64,000 nt of DNA from Candidatus Nanohalovita haloferacivicina (lineage in GTDB: Archaea > Nanohalarchaeota > Nanosalinia > Nanosalinales > Nanosalinaceae): positions 411,781 through 475,780 of the forward strand of contig NZ_CP107255.1 of NCBI RefSeq assembly GCF_029232205.1, read 5' to 3'. The position numbers and the translations under genes are program-made. This document shows, piece after piece, positions 57,699 through 64,000 of the stretch (position 1 is its first letter; the number at the start of each line of letters is the position of its first letter). Below the pieces are notes generated by a model that did not search any database, was not told the origin of the DNA, and saw only the letters and a program-made list of their open reading frames with translations.

Positions 57699-58303
57699 TG
57701 TACTGGTTCTGCGAGCACCCAGAAATGGGTTTCCTCTCGGTAATCCTCGGTGTAGGTTGTTATTATTTCGAATCCGGCCTTTTCAAGCAGTTCGACATTC
57801 TTTTCAGCGGAGTAAGAGCTCCATACCATTTCCTGGCCTCCGATCTCTCCCTCAAAATCATCCATCTCATCAGGGCCTAGAGTGATTAAAATAGCTCCCT
57901 CATCACTAATCCATTCTCTAATCTTCTTGAAGAGATCAAAATGCTCTTCACGCGGAATATGGAAGATAGCATAAAAGCTGACTACTGCATCAAAAGAATT
58001 TTCCCCGAAATCATTTTCAAAGAAGTCTCCCTGCAGAAAATCAGCTTCAGGAACATTTTCACGCGCCATCTCTACATGTTTCTCAGAGATGTCAACGCCT
58101 GTGACTTGATGATCTTTCTCTACAAGAAAACGGTCGAAAGGAAGGCCTGTACCACATCCAAGATCCAGAATCTTGGACTCTGAAGGAATACCGTCAAAAA
58201 GGCTCTCCATCAGCTCTCTTTCCTTCTCTCTGACCTCTCGGCCTTCGCGATAATCGCCTTCATAGTCGCCCTTGTCGTAGCCTTCCTTTACCTTGTCTCT
58301 CAT
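57695..58303 (-). CDS. class I SAM-dependent methyltransferase
   Basis: Motif I ILDLGCGTGL. A 4-bp overlap with both neighbouring genes. Confidence 0.75.
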   Translation of the reverse strand: MRDKVKEGYDKGDYEGDYREGREVREKERELMESLFDGIPSESKILDLGCGTGLPFDRFLVEKDHQVTGVDISEKHVEMARENVPEADFLQGDFFENDFGENSFDAVVSFYAIFHIPREEHFDLFKKIREWISDEGAILITLGPDEMDDFEGEIGGQEMVWSSYSAEKNVELLEKAGFEIITTYTEDYREETHFWVLAEPVQ

Positions 58304-59904
58304 TCCTCTAGCTGCCTCAAAATTTCAGCAGTATCCTCTACCCCGATTGACATGATCAGTCGGGAAAGTCGAGGCCCCTGCTCACGTGAAAGAAGGGTTT
58401 TGTAGGCTGCAGTGAAGAACTCGCCGGTTCCCAGCGCCGAATCCTCTTTAACATCGAAGATCTTACCGTCAAGATCATCCTGATCCTTGAAATCAGTGGA
58501 TTCCAGCTTATCAGCAAGCAGAACCATGGCCTCCTTCTCATCCTCGCTTAGATTATCTCTTATCTCGTGTGTGATTTCTTTATTGATCTCATAGACATAG
58601 TCTTCTGGAGCGTAGTCGCGAGCCCAGTTCTTCGCTCTTTCAAGTCTTTCCAGCACTCTCTCCGCATTTCTCTCGGAGATATCCTCTGGAATATGGCCTG
58701 TACGTTTCAAGGATTCAAGGCCTTTCTCCTCCCACTCTTCTTCAGGTACTGTCTGCGCGATGAAGGCTGCGTGCTGGAAAGGAACTCTTACAGGCTGTTC
58801 TTCAGGAATATCGACCATTGCAATCTCGTAAACTCTCTTCCAGTGTTCTCTCTTTCTATCGTTCTCGACTTCTTCAGGATTGAAGTAAGCGTTCTCAACC
58901 TTGTCGAAGTTATCATATCTTTGGAAGATGTCTTCTGACTGGAAAGGAATCTCGAAGGCCTTGCTTGGCTTCGTATTGGAGAACAGGAATCTGATGATCT
59001 CCGGAGAATAAACCTCTTTCAGTGTGGAAACCGTAAATACGTTTTCTCCTGATGAGGAGGAGATCTTGGCGCCATCTTTTGTAACAAATTCGTACATCTG
59101 GTGGACAGGTACATGGCCGTCAAATACTTCCTGAACAATCTCGTTAGCGGTGTCTCTTGATCCTCCTGAGGCTGAGTGCTCTTTACCAGCAGGCTCAAAG
59201 TCAACTCCTTCGTATTTCCATCTCATAGGCCAGTCAACTCTCCATGGTGGCTTAACATTTCCTTTCTCCTTGAAGTTAAGCTCTCTTTCCTCTTCACATT
59301 CCTCACAGTAGTAGGTAACGGTGTATTCCCCGTCGTAATCTCGTACTTCTGTGAAGTCTTTCTCACATTCTGTACAGTAAACTCTCAGAGGATAGTAAGG
59401 TTCTTCGAGAGGTTCTCTTCGGTATTTGTCAAGTATTTCTTTGATTTTATCACGGTGCTGAAGGCCTTTCTTGATTAGATCGGCGTACTCTGCTCTCTCA
59501 AACATTTCGCTCTGTCTGATGAACTCAATGTCCATATGCATTCCTTCAAGCTCTTCCTCAAGTCGAGACTCGAAGTGATCTGCGTAACTGTCGTGGCAGC
59601 CCTCTGGGTCTGGTACCTTGCTGAGTGGAAGGCCTAAGTACTGTTCGAAGTCGTCAGGTACGTTGGCTGGAACCTTTCTGAAACGATCGTAGTCGTCCCA
59701 TGAGTAAATGAATCGGACGTTTTCCCCATAGTTCTTCAGTGACTTGACAACGAAGTCTGTAGTAATTATTTCACGGAAGTTACCTGCGTGCACGAGGCCT
59801 GAAGGAGAAATTCCCGATGCACACACATATTCTTCCTGATCTTCAAATTTTTTCCTGACTCCGAAAGCCAGTTGATCGCTCCAAAATAGCGGTTGATCAC
59901 TCAC
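58300..59904 (-). CDS. lysK: lysine--tRNA ligase, class I (archaeal type)
   Basis: HIGH-type motif SPSGLVHAGNFRE, KMSKS-like GAKISSSSGE, and a zinc-binding YCTECE…YYCEECEEE insertion. 534 aa. Confidence 0.8.
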   Translation of the reverse strand: MSDQPLFWSDQLAFGVRKKFEDQEEYVCASGISPSGLVHAGNFREIITTDFVVKSLKNYGENVRFIYSWDDYDRFRKVPANVPDDFEQYLGLPLSKVPDPEGCHDSYADHFESRLEEELEGMHMDIEFIRQSEMFERAEYADLIKKGLQHRDKIKEILDKYRREPLEEPYYPLRVYCTECEKDFTEVRDYDGEYTVTYYCEECEEERELNFKEKGNVKPPWRVDWPMRWKYEGVDFEPAGKEHSASGGSRDTANEIVQEVFDGHVPVHQMYEFVTKDGAKISSSSGENVFTVSTLKEVYSPEIIRFLFSNTKPSKAFEIPFQSEDIFQRYDNFDKVENAYFNPEEVENDRKREHWKRVYEIAMVDIPEEQPVRVPFQHAAFIAQTVPEEEWEEKGLESLKRTGHIPEDISERNAERVLERLERAKNWARDYAPEDYVYEINKEITHEIRDNLSEDEKEAMVLLADKLESTDFKDQDDLDGKIFDVKEDSALGTGEFFTAAYKTLLSREQGPRLSRLIMSIGVEDTAEILRQLEE

Positions 59905-60061
59905 TGCAGATCACCGTTATTTTGTTCGAAGAAATTTGATCCTAAATTTCGGCTCCAGAATAAAGGCTGCTCGCTCATGAAGGCCTTTTATCTACAGAAT
60001 TTTTTATACCGCTCGATCCTCAAGCACCAATTTTTAAGCATCCAACCCTTCAAGAAGATAC

Positions 60062-61261
60062 ATGATTGCAGGACTTGAACCACGAGTAATTTTCTCAATA
60101 ATTTTCCTAGCTGCACTAGCAGCATTCCTCTGGTACGACAGAAACCAGATACAGAGAGTCTCAATACTTTTCTACAGAAGAACAAAACACGGAATAGACC
60201 TGATAGATAGAATAGCCAAGAAATCACCGCGCTTCTGGAACATATACGGCTGGGCAGGAGTAGCCACAGGCCTAATCAGCATGCCTGCAATCCTCTTCCT
60301 GGCAGGATCCGGAATCGCAAACCTCTTCAGCAATCCATCCGCAGGAGGAGGCCCAGCACTAATCGCACCAGGCCTCTCAGGAGAAACCACTTTCCAATCA
60401 GGAATCTCCTTCATACCTGTAGAGTACTGGCTTATCTCGATTATGGTGCTCATGGTTGTACACGAGTTCAGCCATGGAATAGTTGCAAGAGCTCAGGACT
60501 TCGAACTTAACTCGGTTGGATGGCTGATCATGGGAGTAATCCCTGGCGCATTCGTTGAGCCAAAGGGAGAAAACATGCTTCCGGGCGGAGATGAAGATAT
60601 GGAAGAAGTAAAGGAAAACGGCGGAATGTGGGACCAAGGAACCTGGACACAGCGACTTAAAGTCCTCTGCGCAGGAAGCTTCGCAAACTATGTCACCGCA
60701 GCAGTATTCTTCCTACTGGCCACAGCAACAGTAATGGGTACAACAATGACTGTAGAGTCAGGATACATAGGGATCCAGACACAGCCATCGGAGCAAGGCC
60801 TCCAGTACCAGGCCGTTGAAGGATTCCCGGCTTACGAGGCTGGAATGAGAAATGGCACTCTGCAATCGATAAACGGCACTGAGGTTAGCAGTGTTGAAGA
60901 TCTCAGAAACTTCTCCAACAACCTGAAGCCTAACCAGACGCTGCAGATAGAGACCAGCGAAGGCGACTTCACGGTTGAGACAATAGAATACGAATACAGA
61001 GAGTTCAAGGCCTCAGTTCTTCCATACGCTGCAGGAATGCTATGGTTCATCAGCCTGTTGAACATGGTAGCATACCTGAACTTCGTGGTAGGATTCTTCA
61101 ACATGCTGCCAGCTAAACCTCTTGACGGAGGCCAGGTAGTAGACGCATTCCTCGAAAGATTCTACCCAGATGGCAGAGGCCTTCTAAACTACTGGTCTCT
61201 ACTGGTCTGGCTACTGCTCCTGGGATCACTGGCCCTGGGAATATCAGTATCGGTACTCTAA
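60062..61261 (+). CDS. site-2 protease (M50 family) with PDZ domain
   Basis: HEFSHG (the HExxH motif) lies in a TM helix. There is a central PDZ-like region and an NMLPAKPLDGG (LDG) motif. Confidence 0.8.
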   Translation: MIAGLEPRVIFSIIFLAALAAFLWYDRNQIQRVSILFYRRTKHGIDLIDRIAKKSPRFWNIYGWAGVATGLISMPAILFLAGSGIANLFSNPSAGGGPALIAPGLSGETTFQSGISFIPVEYWLISIMVLMVVHEFSHGIVARAQDFELNSVGWLIMGVIPGAFVEPKGENMLPGGDEDMEEVKENGGMWDQGTWTQRLKVLCAGSFANYVTAAVFFLLATATVMGTTMTVESGYIGIQTQPSEQGLQYQAVEGFPAYEAGMRNGTLQSINGTEVSSVEDLRNFSNNLKPNQTLQIETSEGDFTVETIEYEYREFKASVLPYAAGMLWFISLLNMVAYLNFVVGFFNMLPAKPLDGGQVVDAFLERFYPDGRGLLNYWSLLVWLLLLGSLALGISVSVL

Positions 61262-61286
61262 AATACCTCTCCTCCCCTTCTTTTTC

Positions 61287-61676
61287 TTGATGAGCTACGA
61301 ATACGAAGCAGGTTCCTGCAACATCAACAGGTACCAGCAAAAAAGAAGATATCTTGCATCAGTAATAGGATTTGCAGCTGCTGGAACAGTAGCACTATTC
61401 TCTTACAGCTTTCAGCTACATCCTCTAATGACTCTGGCAGTATTCATCGCTACAATGGTAGGATTCGAAGGTCTATACCAGGGAAGATTCAGCTTTTGCA
61501 CAGGATTCGCCTCCAAAGGAATCAGAAGCAAAGGAGAGGAAGCAGAAACAGAAGAAGTCCCCGAAGAACAACTTGAAGAAGACAGAGAAATGGCCCGCAG
61601 AATACACTACTACTCACTACTGTCCTCAGCATTCGTTACAGCGCTGTTCTACACAGTAACCTATGCAGTCAACTAA
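61287..61676 (+). CDS. hypothetical membrane protein
   Basis: 129 aa with three hydrophobic helices and an acidic loop. Confidence 0.4.
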   Translation: MMSYEYEAGSCNINRYQQKRRYLASVIGFAAAGTVALFSYSFQLHPLMTLAVFIATMVGFEGLYQGRFSFCTGFASKGIRSKGEEAETEEVPEEQLEEDREMARRIHYYSLLSSAFVTALFYTVTYAVN

Positions 61677-61690
61677 AAAACTCATTTACT

Positions 61691-63091
61691 TTACTCTTCT
61701 TTCTCAAAGGCCTTCTTCACATCCTCTTCAACTTTCTCAACTTCCTCCTCAATCTCCCTTTCTTCTTTCTCAACATCTCGTTCGATCTCCTCAACCTCCT
61801 CTTCAATCTCATCTCTCTCAAAATAAAAGAACTCGGCAACGAATACAACCGCAAAAATACCTCCAATGTAGTACAGCATATGCTGATTAGTCCTGAAAAG
61901 ATGCACAATCAACAGTACAAGTGCAGATAAAGACCCGAGCAAGCCAAAGGCCGGCACCCAGCCATTATTCCTTGATTCTCTATCCTTCAGACAGATGAAG
62001 TTCACAATGGCAAATATGCTGATGAAGGCCACAGATGCGAAGGTTGTAACTTCTTCAAGAGAGCCCAGAAAAGTAAATAATGCAGTAAGGCCTCCAACCA
62101 CGGCAATGCTATGGGTGGGTACTCCCTTCGAGTTTCGGAATGAGAAAAGATCTGGTAGTTCGTTGTCACTTGCAATCCTGTAAGTCAGACGTGAAGTACC
62201 GAACAAGGTGGCGTTGATAGCTGACGCAGTGGAGAAAAGAGCCGCAACTGAAACAAGTAGTACGCTGCCTGTCTGCAGGAAGTAATTATGGAAAATCTGG
62301 GAGGAGGCAAAGGCCAGAGCAGTCTCTTTATGAACAGCAATCTGCTCAGCAGTCATCAAGTTGGTAGTAACAAGAGCAACAAGAACATAGATCAAAGTAG
62401 AGGCAATAACCGAGATATAGGCCGCTTTCTTCAGCGTATCGTGGCCTCCTTCAATCTCGGAATACTCGTAGGTAAGCAACTGAAAACCCTCAAAAGAAAC
62501 AAAAATAGCTCCAACAGCAAAGATCGGTGATAGAAATCCGTGCTGCAAAACACCTTCCGCGAAAAACGTCAGCTCAGGCCTCTGAAAAATCATGTACAGC
62601 CCGGAGATGGAGAAAAGGCCTAGGATACAGATCTTGGCATATACAAGCAGATCTTCTGAACTGCCAGCCTTCGAAGGACCCAGAAAGTTAACAAGCACAA
62701 ACAATCCGATAATTCCAACAGATAGAACAGGCCTCAAAAGTTCTGAAGTAAAGGGAAGAGCGTTAGCGGCAAATGAACCAAAAGCATAGGAGTACATGGC
62801 CATAGTCCCGATATATCCAACTACAAGAATCCAGCCAACCATTCCAGCGATATTCTTATTGTCAACGTAATGCTCGAGAAAAGTAAAAGATCCTCCTTCA
62901 TCCTCAAGGTGCGATGTCATGTTAACATACGAGTAAGCAGATGCTAGGGCCACAAAACCAGCCAAAAGATACGCAATAAAGGCAGCATCACCTGCAATCG
63001 AGGCCGCAACACCAAGTGCCGCGAAAATACCACCGCCAATAATTCCTCCGATACCCATCGCAACTGATTCCTTAAGACCCAGATCGCTCAT
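61691..63091 (-). CDS. APC-family amino acid permease with acidic coiled-coil C-terminal tail
   Basis: Twelve TM helices with the APC N-terminal GIGGIIGGGIF-type motif. The C-terminal 50 aa are an EEEVEEIERDVEKEEREIEEEVEK-type repeat. Confidence 0.75.
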   Translation of the reverse strand: MSDLGLKESVAMGIGGIIGGGIFAALGVAASIAGDAAFIAYLLAGFVALASAYSYVNMTSHLEDEGGSFTFLEHYVDNKNIAGMVGWILVVGYIGTMAMYSYAFGSFAANALPFTSELLRPVLSVGIIGLFVLVNFLGPSKAGSSEDLLVYAKICILGLFSISGLYMIFQRPELTFFAEGVLQHGFLSPIFAVGAIFVSFEGFQLLTYEYSEIEGGHDTLKKAAYISVIASTLIYVLVALVTTNLMTAEQIAVHKETALAFASSQIFHNYFLQTGSVLLVSVAALFSTASAINATLFGTSRLTYRIASDNELPDLFSFRNSKGVPTHSIAVVGGLTALFTFLGSLEEVTTFASVAFISIFAIVNFICLKDRESRNNGWVPAFGLLGSLSALVLLIVHLFRTNQHMLYYIGGIFAVVFVAEFFYFERDEIEEEVEEIERDVEKEEREIEEEVEKVEEDVKKAFEKEE

Positions 63092-63164
63092 AAAAACAAA
63101 AGAGAACTCTCTAGAACTTAAACTCTTCCAAACCTATTTGTAACTTTAACCGGCTTCAATCAGT

Positions 63165-63470
63165 ATGACACACAAAATAGAAGTTGTCGACCGCGACGAA
63201 GAAGTAGAAGCAGAAGACGGCCAATCAATACTGCAGGCCCTGCTACACGGAGGAGTAGAATGGATGCACGCATGTGGAGGATTCTGCAACTGCACCACCT
63301 GCCGAGTCAAGATAGAGGAAGGCATGGAAAACGTCAGCGAAATGCAGGAAGACGAAAAAAACACTCTAAGAAGATTCCAGGGAGAAGAAGTACTGGAAGG
63401 ACCCTTCCGCCTCTCATGCCAGGTCAAAGTACACGGCGACATCAAAATCTCGGAACCAGAATGGTACTAA
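63165..63470 (+). CDS. 2Fe-2S ferredoxin (plant/adrenodoxin-type fold)
   Basis: Cys ligands in CGGFCNCTTC…C spacing. 101 aa. Confidence 0.7.
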   Translation: MTHKIEVVDRDEEVEAEDGQSILQALLHGGVEWMHACGGFCNCTTCRVKIEEGMENVSEMQEDEKNTLRRFQGEEVLEGPFRLSCQVKVHGDIKISEPEWY

Positions 63471-63493
63471 TGAACAAATCTCTGTGATCCCAG

Positions 63494-64000
63494 GATGAAC
63501 GACCTAATCATAGTCGGAGCAGGCCCAGTAGGATCACACCTCGCACAGAAAATGCAGGAAAAAAGCCTCAACGTCCTCGTAATAGAAAGAAGCAATGAAA
63601 TAGGAAGGCCTCTCGCATGCTCAGGCCACGTATCGCCCGACATCTGGAACTTCGTACCAGAAGATGCAAGAGAAAGGCTCTACCAGAATGAAATAAAAGG
63701 GGCCAATTTTCACACAGAATCCGACAAAGAATACACTTTCTACAAAAAAGAGACAGTCTCCTACGTAATTGACAGAGTAGAGCTCGATAAATTAAAGGCG
63801 GAAGAGGCCCAGAAAGCAGGAGCAGAATACCGAATGGGAGAAACAGTCCTGGAAGTAGAAGAGAAAGAAGACAAAGTAATAGTTGAAACAGACAGCGACA
63901 CATACGAGGCCAGAATGGTGGCAGGCTGCGACGGCGCATCCTCAACAGTCAGATCCAAAGCAGGCCTCCCTGAACCAGACCATTTCTATCAGGGAATACT
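63494..64000 (+). CDS. partial (3' off-window) FAD-dependent geranylgeranyl reductase family protein
   Basis: LIIVGAGPVGSHLAQKM…ERSNEIGRPLACSGHVS…GCDGASSTVR is typical of digeranylgeranylglycerophospholipid reductase. It runs off the window end. Confidence 0.65.

Overview
This 64 kb window appears to come from a low-GC (roughly 45-48% by eye) halophilic archaeon. The evidence for this:
- The proteome is strongly acidic.
- Both tRNAs are archaeal-style and lack an encoded CCA.
- A 5S rRNA sits alone without 16S/23S.
- The lysyl-tRNA synthetase is class I, and there is a Mre11-Rad50 pair.

Core content:
- Thioredoxin reductase, tRNA-Gly(GCC), an NAD(P)H-hydrate epimerase and a Ca/Na antiporter.
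- A divergent C50-carotenoid (bacterioruberin-type) cluster: cruF-lyeJ-crtD on one strand, crtB-GGPP synthase on the other.
- A cold-shock protein and an orphan Doc/Fic-like gene.
- A copper module: CopB-type P1B ATPase, a PadR+TRASH regulator and MsrA.
- An ABC-2 exporter and tRNA-Ala(GGC).
- TraB, rhomboid, class I LysRS, an S2P protease, an amino-acid permease, a 2Fe-2S ferredoxin and a partial geranylgeranyl reductase.

The stand-out region is a roughly 11 kb accessory island at about 16.9-28.9 kb, arranged as one long minus-strand gene array:
- A wHTH regulator, then hsdM, a coiled-coil ORF and hsdS.
- Tightly coupled cargo: a RusA-like nuclease paralog, a small poly-basic membrane protein, and a 4-TM membrane-anchored RusA-like paralog.
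- An overlapping MNT/HEPN toxin-antitoxin pair, with a palindromic operator immediately upstream.
- hsdR, a YgjP/DUF45 hydrolase and a 109-aa ORF.

The membrane-tethered pair of duplicated RusA-family nuclease genes embedded in the type I RM operon looks like an undescribed defence/abortive-infection module.

Other oddities:
- The palindrome AGGCCT appears strikingly over-represented across all reading frames and in non-coding DNA.
- A 500-bp ORF-free, GT-skewed intergenic segment contains a perfect hairpin.
- A strongly basic Arg/Ser/Asn/Gly low-complexity protein sits in an otherwise acidic proteome.
- The Doc-like protein has His replaced by Gln in the catalytic motif.
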